Below are positions 7,784-17,396 of a stretch of DNA of 64,000 nt, piece by piece. Source of the DNA: Candidatus Omnitrophota bacterium (GTDB lineage Bacteria > Omnitrophota > Omnitrophia > Omnitrophales > Aquincolibacteriaceae); NCBI GenBank assembly GCA_023247055.1, contig JAHFHF010000003.1:36367-100366 (forward strand), written 5' to 3'. The position numbers and the translations under genes were made by a program. The notes under the pieces are model-generated. The model was given only the letters and a program-made list of their open reading frames with translations, was not told where the DNA came from and made no database searches. The stretch's first letter is position 1; every line of letters begins with the position of its first letter.

Positions 7784-10225
7784 ATGGAACAAAAGCATTT
7801 AGTCGTGGTGGGGGATGGCATGGCCGGCATGTCGTGTGTCGACCAAATTCTTAAACGAAAGCCGAATTTTAAAATTACGGTCTTAAGCGAAGAAACCTAT
7901 TACAACTACAACCGCATCTTGCTTTCCTGCGTGCTCGCGGGCGAAAAGACCGTCGATGAAATTTATATCAATACCAAAGCATGGTATGACGAACATGGCA
8001 TTGAACTTCTTTTAGGCGTCAAAGCCGTTGACGTGGATGCCAAAAACAAAATTGTTTTTACCGCCGATAACCGTCAGATTTCCTACGACCTGCTGCTCTT
8101 AGCCACGGGCAGTAACCCCTTTATTCCGCCGATTGCCGGTATCCAAAAAGATGGTGTGGTTACCTATCGCAATATGGCCGACACCGAAGAGATTATCAAA
8201 CGCTGTGAAACCGCCAAGCATGCGGTGGTGATCGGCGGCGGGCTTTTGGGACTGGAGGCCGCGCGCGGCACCTCCAGCCGGGGCGTGCATACGACGGTGG
8301 TGCACATCATGGACCGTTTGATGGACATGCAGCTTGATGAAGTCGGCGGCCAGTTTTTGAAACGTGAAATCGAGAAACTCGGCATCACCGTGCTTTTGAA
8401 TGCGAACACCGCCGAAATCATGGGCGATTCCAAGGTCGAAGGCGTCAGCTTCAAAGACGGCAATGCCGTGAAAGCGGACATGGTCGTGGTGGCCTGCGGC
8501 ATCCGTCCCAATGTCGAACTCGGTAAAAAAGCGGGTTTGAAAATTAACCGCGGCATTGTGGTCAACGATCACATGGAAACCAGCGACCCTTCCATTTTTG
8601 CGGTGGGCGAATGCGTTGAGCATCGCGAAAAAATTTACGGGTTGGTTGCGCCGCTCTATGACCAAGGCAAAGTGTTGGCTGCCACCATCACGGGAGATAA
8701 AGGGCCCGTGTACGAAGGTTCGGTCTTGGCGACCAAACTCAAAGTCATGGGCATTGAACTTTTTTCAGCCGGCGATTTTAAGGCGCTCGACTCCGACAAA
8801 GAAGTGGTCTCGTATCAAGACCATGCTTTTGGCGTTTACAAAAAAGTCGTGGTGTATGCTAACTGGGTCGTGGGCACGATTTTGATCGGGGATACCTCGG
8901 ATGCCAATCGTTTGCTGGAAATGATCCGCAAGCAGGAGAAAGTTACGGACAACCGGCAGCATTTGCTTTTTCAAAAACCGCCGGCTGTGGCCGGCTCGCC
9001 TTCCGATGTTATGTCCCGTCCGGACACGGACACCATCTGCGGCTGCATCGGCGTCAGCAAGGGGCAAATTCTTTCCGCCATCAAAGAGCAAAGCTGCAAA
9101 ACCGTTTCGCAAGTCAAAGCCTGCACCAAAGCATCTTCGGGCTGCGGCACTTGCGCCGGGCTTGTTCAGGATATTTTAGTCGCGGCATTGGGTTCTGAAT
9201 TCCAGGAAGAAAAAAAAGACACCCTGTGCGCCTGCGTGCCTTTTCCTAAAGAAAAACTCCGCACCATGATTCAAACCCAGAAATTAAAATCCGTGCAGGA
9301 TGTTTTGGACATTTACGGCAACGGCGCAGGCTGTTCGTATTGCAAACCGGCGTTGAGTTTTATTGTCGACGAAGTGCATTGCGGCGATCACAAAGAAGAC
9401 CGCTCGGCGCGGTTTATCAATGACCGCGTGCACGCCAACATTCAACGCGACGGCACTTTTTCTGTGATTCCGCGCATGCACGGCGGTGTGACCAGCCCGC
9501 AGCAGCTCCGCAAAATTGCGGATGTGGCGGAAAAATACAACGTGCCCATGGTCAAGGTCACGGGCAGCCAGCGCATTGACCTTCTGGGCATCAAAAAAGA
9601 AGACCTGCCCAAAGTTTGGGCCGACCTGGATATGAAATCCGGCCATGCTTATGCCAAAGCCGTGCGCATGGTCAAATCCTGCGTGGGTACGGACTTTTGC
9701 CGTTACGGCACGCAAAACTCGATTGCGACGGGCATCCAGCTCGAAACGCTTTTGGAAGGTCTTTACACCCCGGGCAAAGTCAAGATGGGCGTTGTCGGCT
9801 GTCCGCGCAACTGCGCAGAGGCCACGGTTAAAGACATCGGTCTTGTCGGCATCGAAGGCGGCTGGCAAGTCGTGATCGGCGGCGCTGCCGGTAAAGTCGT
9901 CCGCGCCGCAGATATTTTAACCACGGTCAAGACCACCGAAGAAGCTTTGGAAGCGGCACTGCTCTTTTTTCAGTATTACCGGGAAAACGGGGAGTATCTG
10001 GAACGCACTTATGATTTTGTCGAACGCGCGGGACTTGAAAAAATCCGCCGCGAAACCATTCTTGCTTCCGAAGAAACCAAAAAAGGCCTGCTCGAGCGCT
10101 TGAACAAAGCCAGGGCTAAAGCGGTCGATCCGTGGAAGGAAGCCTCCAAGCCCGTTCATCCCATGCAGTTCAAAGATTTTGTGCTGCCCAAAGACGCGGA
10201 AGCTTTGATCGGAGGCCTGTCATGA
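7784..10225 (+). CDS. nirB: Assimilatory nitrite reductase [NAD(P)H] large subunit
   Basis: N-terminal FAD/NAD-binding VVVGDGMAGMS. BFD-like [2Fe-2S] DTICGCIGVSKGQILSAI. C-terminal siroheme/4Fe-4S nitrite-sulfite reductase domain. 813 aa. Confidence 0.9.
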   Translation: MEQKHLVVVGDGMAGMSCVDQILKRKPNFKITVLSEETYYNYNRILLSCVLAGEKTVDEIYINTKAWYDEHGIELLLGVKAVDVDAKNKIVFTADNRQISYDLLLLATGSNPFIPPIAGIQKDGVVTYRNMADTEEIIKRCETAKHAVVIGGGLLGLEAARGTSSRGVHTTVVHIMDRLMDMQLDEVGGQFLKREIEKLGITVLLNANTAEIMGDSKVEGVSFKDGNAVKADMVVVACGIRPNVELGKKAGLKINRGIVVNDHMETSDPSIFAVGECVEHREKIYGLVAPLYDQGKVLAATITGDKGPVYEGSVLATKLKVMGIELFSAGDFKALDSDKEVVSYQDHAFGVYKKVVVYANWVVGTILIGDTSDANRLLEMIRKQEKVTDNRQHLLFQKPPAVAGSPSDVMSRPDTDTICGCIGVSKGQILSAIKEQSCKTVSQVKACTKASSGCGTCAGLVQDILVAALGSEFQEEKKDTLCACVPFPKEKLRTMIQTQKLKSVQDVLDIYGNGAGCSYCKPALSFIVDEVHCGDHKEDRSARFINDRVHANIQRDGTFSVIPRMHGGVTSPQQLRKIADVAEKYNVPMVKVTGSQRIDLLGIKKEDLPKVWADLDMKSGHAYAKAVRMVKSCVGTDFCRYGTQNSIATGIQLETLLEGLYTPGKVKMGVVGCPRNCAEATVKDIGLVGIEGGWQVVIGGAAGKVVRAADILTTVKTTEEALEAALLFFQYYRENGEYLERTYDFVERAGLEKIRRETILASEETKKGLLERLNKARAKAVDPWKEASKPVHPMQFKDFVLPKDAEALIGGLS

Positions 10226-10617
10226 GCGCTGACGCGTCCATGAAATGGTTCCGGGTTGCTTCTACCCGCGATATTCCTGAAAGGGAAGGCCGGCGCGTGG
10301 AATACGGTCCGCATATTGCCGCGCTTTTTAATTTAGGCACGGAGTATTTGGCCGTGGAGAACCAATGCCCGCATAAGAGCGGGCCTCTGGCCGACGGAAT
10401 TGTGGCCGGAAAAAATGTTTTTTGCCCGCTGCATAACTGGAAAATCAATTTGCAAAACGGCTGCGCCTTGAGCGGCGGAACCGGACAGGTCAAAACATTT
10501 CCGGTCAAAGTGTCGGGCAGTGAGATCTATCTTGCTTTTGAATCCGCGGCCTACCAAGCCTGTGATCTTTCGGCGCAAGCCCAAGAGTCTCAAACTTCCA
10601 ATCCGGTGGAAGGATGA
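10222..10617 (+). CDS. nirD: Nitrite reductase small subunit (Rieske-like)
   Basis: CPHKSGPL…CPLHNWKI. The ATG overlaps the nirB stop (ATGA). Confidence 0.8.
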   Translation: MSADASMKWFRVASTRDIPEREGRRVEYGPHIAALFNLGTEYLAVENQCPHKSGPLADGIVAGKNVFCPLHNWKINLQNGCALSGGTGQVKTFPVKVSGSEIYLAFESAAYQACDLSAQAQESQTSNPVEG

Positions 10618-10626
10618 GATCAGACC

Positions 10627-12318
10627 ATGGACGAATTTAATCTGATCGATTTGCTCGACTCGAGCGGCCTTCCGCTCAAAAATCGGATCAGCAAAGAAGG
10701 CTATTACAACCCCCGCCCGGAGAAGGCCATAGCGCCGGCCGCTGACGTTCTCATTCCTACAGCCCCCCTCGAACAAGGCGAACAATACCGTTTCCATTTT
10801 GACATGTCCTTGTGCATCGGCTGCCAATGCTGCGTTGTTGCCTGCAACGAACAGAACAACAATCCTGCCGAGGTGAATTGGCGGCGGGTCGGCGAAATCG
10901 AAGGCGGTATTTATCCTGACACTAAACGCTACCATCTTTCGATGGCCTGTAATCATTGTTTGGATCCGTCCTGCCTGGAGGGTTGTCCGACAGACGCTTA
11001 CATCAAACTTGAAAACGGGATTGTTCAACACCAGGCCGATGAATGCATCGGCTGCGGCTACTGCACCTGGAACTGTCCCTACGGTGTTCCGCAATACAAT
11101 ACGGAACGCAACATCGTGACCAAATGCGATATGTGTCACAGCCGTCTTAAAGAAGGGCAGCTGCCGGCCTGTGTGGCCGCCTGCCCGGAAGGCGCGATCA
11201 AAATTGAAAAAGTCAATGTGGCCGAGTGGCGCGAAAACCATGCGCAAGCGAACGCTCCTTATGTGCCCGATTCCGGCATGACGCTTTCCACCACGCGGAT
11301 CACATTGCCTGAAAATGTGCCCGACGATTTGCTGCGTGCCAACCGGCACCGGATTGAACCCGAAAAGCCGCACACTTCGCTCATCTTGATGACGGTTTTG
11401 ACCCAGCTGGCCGCCGGCGGCTTCATGACGCTCTGGCTGCTGGAGTTTTTTGCCCGCTGGGTTAATTTTTTGAAACCGCTGCAGGGTTTTCTTCCTTATG
11501 GCGCGGCCGGTATGCTTGCGATGACGGGCCTGGCGCTTGTCACGGCAGTTTTCCACCTGGGCCGTCCATTGCATGCCTACAAAGCCCTGCGGATGTGGAA
11601 GCGTTCCTGGCTTTCGCGCGAAGTGCTCTTCTTTGCGCTTTTTTCCAAGGCCGGCGCCGCTTATGCCGGGCTGGAACTGGCCCGGCATTTTTTAGGATGG
11701 AATATTCCGGACAACGCCATGACGCTGCTAGGAGCGGCCGTGGTGCTCACGGGGTTGGCGGGCGTGTATGCGAGCGCAAAAATCTACATGGTACCGGCAC
11801 GGCCGGCTTGGAACACGATCCGCACGCCGCTGCGCTTTTTTTTGACGGGCTTTATTTTGGGGCCTTTGTTTGCCCTCGTAGTTTACAGCCTGTATGGGGT
11901 TCTTCAAATCCATGAGCCGCTCAGTGCCGCGATCAAAGGCCCGGTGTTTGTTTTTCTTGCGGTTTCGGCGATTGCTGGTTTTTTTCAGATGGCCGTGCTT
12001 CTATCGAGACTCTTTTCCATGCCCTGGGAAGAGTTCAATGAACTGCATGCCTCGAGTTTTCTCTTGCTGCACCGTTTCAAAAATCTTTTTGTCCTGCGGC
12101 TGGCGGCCCTTGTTCTCGGTTCTTTTATCTGTCCCTTTGCCCTGTTTGCGGCATTGCAGCCGGATGCTTTGCAGGGGGGAATCTTTTTGGGCCTGGGTTC
12201 CGTGTGTTTTCTTTTTTCGCTGGCCGGTGAATTTTTAGGCCGGTATTTGTTTTTCGTCACCGTGGTTCCTAAAAATATGCCGGGCTCGTTTTTTGCGGCC
12301 CAAGGCGGCAGCCATTGA
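10627..12318 (+). CDS. Fusion protein: DmsB/NrfC-type 4x[4Fe-4S] ferredoxin domain + NrfD/PsrC-like polytopic membrane (quinol-interacting) domain
   Basis: Four Cys clusters (CIGCQCCVVAC, CNHCLDPSCLEGCP, CIGCGYCTWNCP, CDMCHSRL…CVAACP) followed by about 280 aa with 8 or more hydrophobic helices. Lies immediately upstream of nasA and is translationally coupled to it. Confidence 0.65.
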   Translation: MDEFNLIDLLDSSGLPLKNRISKEGYYNPRPEKAIAPAADVLIPTAPLEQGEQYRFHFDMSLCIGCQCCVVACNEQNNNPAEVNWRRVGEIEGGIYPDTKRYHLSMACNHCLDPSCLEGCPTDAYIKLENGIVQHQADECIGCGYCTWNCPYGVPQYNTERNIVTKCDMCHSRLKEGQLPACVAACPEGAIKIEKVNVAEWRENHAQANAPYVPDSGMTLSTTRITLPENVPDDLLRANRHRIEPEKPHTSLILMTVLTQLAAGGFMTLWLLEFFARWVNFLKPLQGFLPYGAAGMLAMTGLALVTAVFHLGRPLHAYKALRMWKRSWLSREVLFFALFSKAGAAYAGLELARHFLGWNIPDNAMTLLGAAVVLTGLAGVYASAKIYMVPARPAWNTIRTPLRFFLTGFILGPLFALVVYSLYGVLQIHEPLSAAIKGPVFVFLAVSAIAGFFQMAVLLSRLFSMPWEEFNELHASSFLLLHRFKNLFVLRLAALVLGSFICPFALFAALQPDALQGGIFLGLGSVCFLFSLAGEFLGRYLFFVTVVPKNMPGSFFAAQGGSH

Positions 12319-14522
12319 AAAATTTTTTAAAACCCATCAAGAAACGCCTCGGCCTGGACATTCAAAAGGACAAATATGCCTACGGTCTGGATGAGCAGTT
12401 CGGCTATTTGTCCAAGGCGAAAATTCCGGACCGCTGGGTCGCTACGACTTGCGGCTACTGTTCGGTCGGGTGCGGGATGCTGATCGGAGTAAAGGCCGGC
12501 AAGCCGGTCAGCGTGCGCGGCCATGCAGATCATCCCGTGAATGAAGGCATGCTTTGCCCCAAAGGATTGGCTGAACATTATGCCATTACCGCGCCGAACC
12601 GCGCGCAATGGCCGCTCTTGAAAGACACCAAGGGCCGTTTTCAAAGAGTGACGTGGGATGCGGCCATCCAAACGCTTGTGGCGAAATTCCGCGCCATTCA
12701 AAATCAATACGGACCGGAGGCTTTGGGGGTCATCAGTACGGGCCAGCTTGTGACCGAAGAGTTTTACACCCTTGGAAAATTGGTCCAGCTTGGGTTCGGC
12801 ACAAAAAATTATGACGGCAATACGACGCTTTGCATGTCGAGCGCCGTGGCGGGGTACAAACGCTCGTTTGGCAGCGACGGGCCGCCGGGGAATTACGAAG
12901 ACCTGGAAAAAGCGGACTTGGTTTTTCTGATCGGCGCCAATATTGCGGACAATCATCCCATCTTGTGCTACCGTCTTGAAAAAAACCTGAAAAAAACCGT
13001 CATCGTTGCGGACCCGCGCGTGACGAAAACCGCCATGATGGCCGATCTTTTTCTGCCCGTGAAACCGCGCAGCGATATTGCGCTGCTCAACGGCATCATG
13101 CATTGGATCATCAAGGCCGGCAAGGCGAACCAGGATTATATTCAGAAACATACGCAGGGTTTTGCGGAATTGCGCGCGCATCTTGAGAAATATACGCTCG
13201 ATTACGTCAGCGGCGTCACAGGCCTGCCGGTCCAGCAAATCCAAAAAACGGCGCAGCTTTATGCGGAAGCCAAAGCGCCTTTTATCGGCTGGACCATGGG
13301 CGTCAATCACAGCACGCAGGGCACGGAAACCGTGAACACGATCTGCAACCTGGCTTTGATCACCGGCAATATCGGCCGGATCGGCGCGGCGCCGTTTTCC
13401 ATCACCGGCCAATGCAATGCCATGGGCACGCGCGAATCGGGATTTGCGTCAAGCCTGCCCGGCTACCGCAAATTTGAAGAGGCGGGCCACCGGGCCGAAC
13501 TGGCCCAATTGTGGAATGTGGATGAAGAAATCATTCCCAAGGCCCGCGGCCTGGCCTATCCCGATATTATCGAGGCCGTGCTGAGCGGAAAAATTAAAGG
13601 GCTGTGGATCATTGCCACCAACCCGCTGGTGTCGTTTCCCAACCAAAATTATCTCAAAGAAGTTTTGAGCCGGCTGGATTTTCTCGTGGTTCAGGACGGC
13701 TATCACCCCATTCCCACTTCAGAGATCGCGCATCTGGTTTTGCCGGCGGCCGTGTGGGGTGAGAAAGAAGGCACGTATACGAATTCCGAGCGCCGTGTGA
13801 GCAAAGTGAATAAAGCGGTCGAGCCTCCGGGGCAGGCCAAATCGGATTTTGATATTTTTCTTGCCATCGCCGAAGCGCTGGGCGTGTCCGGAAAACTTTT
13901 TCCCGGCTGGACCAAGCCGGAAGATGCTTTCGAAGAATGGAAAAAAGTCTCGCGCAGCCGGCTTTGTGATTATTCAGGTATGACGTATGAATTACTCGAG
14001 CAAATTGGCGGGATTCAATGGCCCTACTCGCTGGATCAGCCGCGGGATGCCGCGCAAACTTATCCGCTGTATCAAGACGGCGTTTTTCAAACCGCGGACG
14101 GCCGCGCCAAACTTTGGGTGGTCGAAAATGAAGCGCCGCCGGAAGTCCCGAATACCGAGTATCCCTTTTGGCTCAACACCGGCAGGACCGTCGAGCATTG
14201 GCATACGCGCACCAAGACCGGGCAGATCCCGCTATTGAACCGTCTGTCGCCGGAAGCCTGGGTTGAGATGAATACGCGCGATGCGCTGAAACTCAAAATT
14301 AAACACGGCGATTACGTTCGCGTGGACTCCCGCCGAGGCGCGATCGACCGCATCGTCGTGCGTGTGACGGAAACCGTGGCGCCCGGGCAAGTGTTCATTC
14401 CGTTTCATTTTGCGGAAGCCAATGCCAACAATTTGACCGTCAATAGCTGCGATCCCTATTCGCGCGAACCGAACTACAAGCAGGCTGCCGTCCAAATCCG
14501 CAAAGCGGATTCGAAACTTTAA
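12315..14522 (+). CDS. nasA: Assimilatory nitrate reductase catalytic subunit (molybdopterin oxidoreductase, NasA/NarB type)
   Basis: N-terminal [4Fe-4S] motif CGYCSVGCGM…GMLCPKG. 735 aa. No twin-arginine signal. TTG start overlaps the upstream stop. Confidence 0.8.
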   Translation: MKNFLKPIKKRLGLDIQKDKYAYGLDEQFGYLSKAKIPDRWVATTCGYCSVGCGMLIGVKAGKPVSVRGHADHPVNEGMLCPKGLAEHYAITAPNRAQWPLLKDTKGRFQRVTWDAAIQTLVAKFRAIQNQYGPEALGVISTGQLVTEEFYTLGKLVQLGFGTKNYDGNTTLCMSSAVAGYKRSFGSDGPPGNYEDLEKADLVFLIGANIADNHPILCYRLEKNLKKTVIVADPRVTKTAMMADLFLPVKPRSDIALLNGIMHWIIKAGKANQDYIQKHTQGFAELRAHLEKYTLDYVSGVTGLPVQQIQKTAQLYAEAKAPFIGWTMGVNHSTQGTETVNTICNLALITGNIGRIGAAPFSITGQCNAMGTRESGFASSLPGYRKFEEAGHRAELAQLWNVDEEIIPKARGLAYPDIIEAVLSGKIKGLWIIATNPLVSFPNQNYLKEVLSRLDFLVVQDGYHPIPTSEIAHLVLPAAVWGEKEGTYTNSERRVSKVNKAVEPPGQAKSDFDIFLAIAEALGVSGKLFPGWTKPEDAFEEWKKVSRSRLCDYSGMTYELLEQIGGIQWPYSLDQPRDAAQTYPLYQDGVFQTADGRAKLWVVENEAPPEVPNTEYPFWLNTGRTVEHWHTRTKTGQIPLLNRLSPEAWVEMNTRDALKLKIKHGDYVRVDSRRGAIDRIVVRVTETVAPGQVFIPFHFAEANANNLTVNSCDPYSREPNYKQAAVQIRKADSKL

Positions 14523-14524
14523 CG

Positions 14525-14620
14525 GCTCGTCATGCTGAGTTCGAGATGTGTTTTTGTCATCCTGAGTCGCTTGAGTACTCTCAAGACGGCGAAGGATCTC
14601 AGAGCCGAGGCTCAAAAGGA
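14525..14620. repeat. GTCAT(C/G)CTGAG-family repeat copies between nasA and narK
   Basis: cgtcatgctgagttcgag, ttgtcatcctgagtcgc…ggcgaaggatctcagagc. Confidence 0.6.
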
Positions 14621-14628
14621 ATTAAAAC

Positions 14629-15897
14629 ATGAAAGTGAAAGATTTTCTTAAAAGCGGACATCCGCCGACGCTCTTTGCGGCATTTCTTTATTTTGACACG
14701 AGTTTCATGATCTGGGTCCTGATGGGCGTCCTGGGCGTTTTTATTTCCGATGACTTCGGACTGACGGCCGCTCAAAAAGGTTTTCTTGCGGCTGTGCCTA
14801 TTTTAGGCGGGGCTTTAGTGCGTATTCCCTTGGGCCTTCTCGTGGACCACATCGGGCCTAAAAAGACAGGCCTTTTGGGACAGGTGATTGTGCTTATCCC
14901 GCTTTTGGGCGTCTGGCTTTTCGGCAGTGATTTAAATGCGGTGTTTGCTTTTGGGCTGCTCCTCGGGATTGCCGGCGGAAGTTTTGCAGTGGCCCTGCCG
15001 CTGGCCAGCCGCTGGTATCCGGCGCAATACCAAGGCATGGCGCTGGGCATTGCCGGGGCGGGCAACAGCGGCACGGTTCTGGCGGCGCTTTTTGCTCCGA
15101 GCCTGGCTGAGATCATGGGCTGGCGCAATGTTTTTGGAATCGCTCTTGTACCGGTTCTGCTGACGCTCGCCGCTTTTTATTTTTTGGCTAAGGAAAGCCC
15201 GGCGCAGCCCAAACCCAAAAAATTTTCGGATTACTTTTCTGTTTTTAAAGAAGCAGACACCTTTTGGTTTTGTTTTTTCTACGGCATCACTTTTGGCGGC
15301 TTCGTGGGACTAGCCAGTTTCCTGGGGATTTTCTTTCATGACCAATACGGCCTTTCCAAAGTCATGGCCGGAAACATTACGGCCCTGTGTGTCTGCGCCG
15401 GCAGTTTCTTCCGGCCGGTAGGAGGCTATTTGGCCGACCGGTTCGGGGGCGTCAAAATGCTCAGCCTTCTTTTTGGGGCCGTGGCTTTATTCGTTTCGGG
15501 AGTTGCCACTCTGCCTTCCTTTATCCTTGCCGTGACGTTTATTTTTTTGGCCATGGCTGGCCTTGGCATGGGCAACGGGGCCGTGTTTCAACTGGTGCCT
15601 TTGCGGTTCAAAAATGAAATTGGCGTGATGACGGGTGTTGTCGGCGCGGCCGGCGGCCTTGGCGGTTTTTTTCTGCCGACAATTCTTGGTTTTTTTAAAC
15701 AAACGGCTGGTTCCTACGGTTTTGGCTTTTTGGCCTTTGCGTTTTTTAGCTTCGCGGCCCTGGTGACTTTGCAAATCGTGCAAAAAGGCTGGAGTTTTTC
15801 CCAGCGGCAGCCTGAATTTCAGCCTGATTTTTCAACGGCGGCTTCTTTACATCCAAACCTTATTCTGCAGCCGGAAGCGGCCGCTAACCGGGAGTGA
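14629..15897 (+). CDS. narK: Nitrate/nitrite transporter, MFS NNP family (NarK/NrtP-like)
   Basis: 12-TM MFS with GxxxNxG-type motifs (GIAGAGNSG, GMGNGAVFQL). Confidence 0.8.
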   Translation: MKVKDFLKSGHPPTLFAAFLYFDTSFMIWVLMGVLGVFISDDFGLTAAQKGFLAAVPILGGALVRIPLGLLVDHIGPKKTGLLGQVIVLIPLLGVWLFGSDLNAVFAFGLLLGIAGGSFAVALPLASRWYPAQYQGMALGIAGAGNSGTVLAALFAPSLAEIMGWRNVFGIALVPVLLTLAAFYFLAKESPAQPKPKKFSDYFSVFKEADTFWFCFFYGITFGGFVGLASFLGIFFHDQYGLSKVMAGNITALCVCAGSFFRPVGGYLADRFGGVKMLSLLFGAVALFVSGVATLPSFILAVTFIFLAMAGLGMGNGAVFQLVPLRFKNEIGVMTGVVGAAGGLGGFFLPTILGFFKQTAGSYGFGFLAFAFFSFAALVTLQIVQKGWSFSQRQPEFQPDFSTAASLHPNLILQPEAAANRE

Positions 15898-15902
15898 GTT
15901 CC

Positions 15903-17396
15903 ATGGCGAATTTGCTTATTTCTAATCCCCAAAAACAAAAATCCGCAAAGAGGCCATGGCCGGCGCGGCGCACAAAAATCGTGGCCACGGTGGGACCCGC
16001 TTGCGAACAACCGCGCATTCTCAAAGAATTGATCCGCCAAGGCGCGGACATTTTGCGGATTAATACTTCGCATACGTCCGTGGAAGGGCTGCAGGAATGG
16101 ATCCGTTTAATCCGCAGCGCCGGCGCTGAAATTAAAAAAGAAATCCCTATTTTGGTTGATCTTCAAGGCCCGCGCATCCGCACCGGGTCTCTTAAAGATA
16201 AAAAGCCGGTGATGCTCCGCAAAGGCCAGTTGGTCGCGATCGTGCCGGGTAAAACCGGAGAGGACAACGGCGTTTATCAAATCAGCACGCCCTGCCTGCA
16301 ATTTCCGGCAATGGTTAAAAAAGGCGATCCCATTTTGATCGATAACGGGCTGATCGATCTTGAAGTGCTAAGCGTGGAGAAAAAAGAAATTAAATGCCGT
16401 GTGGCCTCCACGGGTATTTTAGGCGAGAACAAAGGCATCAACCTTCCCCATGCACCGACGACCCTGCCGGCTTTGTCGGATAAAGACATTGAAATTGTGC
16501 GCATGGCTGCCGCGCTGGAGGTCGATTTTATTGCACTTTCGTTTGTCCGGACCCCGGGCGACATTCTTTCAGTTCAAAAAATGCTCGACCGCTGCGAAAA
16601 ATCGATTCCCATCATTGCCAAGATTGAAAAGCCGATGGCGGTGGAGCAGATTGACGCGATCATCGCCGTCAGCCATGGAATCATGGTGGCGCGCGGAGAT
16701 TTAGGTATCGAGTTGGGCGTGGAAAAAGTTCCCGTTATTCAAAAGCAGCTTATCGAAAAAGCCAATCAAAGCAGCCTTCCCGTGATTACGGCCACTCAAA
16801 TGCTCGAGTCGATGATGGAGCATTCGCGGCCCACGCGAGCGGAAGCCTCCGATGTGGCCAATGCCGTCTTTGACGGGACGGATGCCGTCATGCTCTCGGG
16901 TGAAACTTCGATCGGAAAGTATCCGCTTGAAACCGTGCGCATGATGAGCGAAATCATTTGTGAGGCTGAAGAGCACATGCGCGGCCAGGCCCGGACGGTC
17001 CGCCCTATCTCGAGCCGCAAGGACCATCCGCTGTGCGCAATTTCGTATGCCGCGCAAAATGCGGCCGCTCACATTGACGCGAAGGCCATCGTGGCCTTCA
17101 CGCTCAGCGGCAAGACGGCCAGAATGGTTTCGAAGTTCGAGCGTCATTTGCCGATTTTGGCGTTTACACCTTCCGCGGCCGTAAGCCGGCGCTTGATGCT
17201 GTGCCGCGGCGTTATTCCGCTCCAAATTGAAAATTGCCATAGCACCGATGAAATGCTGGAACGGGGCGAACGTGTTTTGAGCCAATCCAAATTGTTGAAA
17301 AAGGGCGATGCCGTCGTGGTGCTCTCCAGCGCCCATGCGTTTCACGGCGCGAATTACATGGTCCTCATTCATTGGATCGGAGGAATGCCCCGGTGA
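15903..17396 (+). CDS. pyk: Pyruvate kinase
   Basis: TKIVATVGPA, INTSHTS, IIAKIEKPMAVEQID, MVARGDLGIE, plus the C-terminal regulatory domain. Start ATG 15903. GTG 15894 is an alternative. Confidence 0.85.
   Translation: MANLLISNPQKQKSAKRPWPARRTKIVATVGPACEQPRILKELIRQGADILRINTSHTSVEGLQEWIRLIRSAGAEIKKEIPILVDLQGPRIRTGSLKDKKPVMLRKGQLVAIVPGKTGEDNGVYQISTPCLQFPAMVKKGDPILIDNGLIDLEVLSVEKKEIKCRVASTGILGENKGINLPHAPTTLPALSDKDIEIVRMAAALEVDFIALSFVRTPGDILSVQKMLDRCEKSIPIIAKIEKPMAVEQIDAIIAVSHGIMVARGDLGIELGVEKVPVIQKQLIEKANQSSLPVITATQMLESMMEHSRPTRAEASDVANAVFDGTDAVMLSGETSIGKYPLETVRMMSEIICEAEEHMRGQARTVRPISSRKDHPLCAISYAAQNAAAHIDAKAIVAFTLSGKTARMVSKFERHLPILAFTPSAAVSRRLMLCRGVIPLQIENCHSTDEMLERGERVLSQSKLLKKGDAVVVLSSAHAFHGANYMVLIHWIGGMPR

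Noticed and set aside
10333-11688. Long antisense ORFs (451 aa here; also 12327..13412-, 5261..5947-, 8099..8665-, 34127..34732-, 44400..44894-, 48223..48888-, 994..1632-, and others)
   Set aside because: They lie entirely antisense to, or frame-shifted within, genes that have clear conserved motifs. They are typical GC-rich spurious frames with no recognisable domains.
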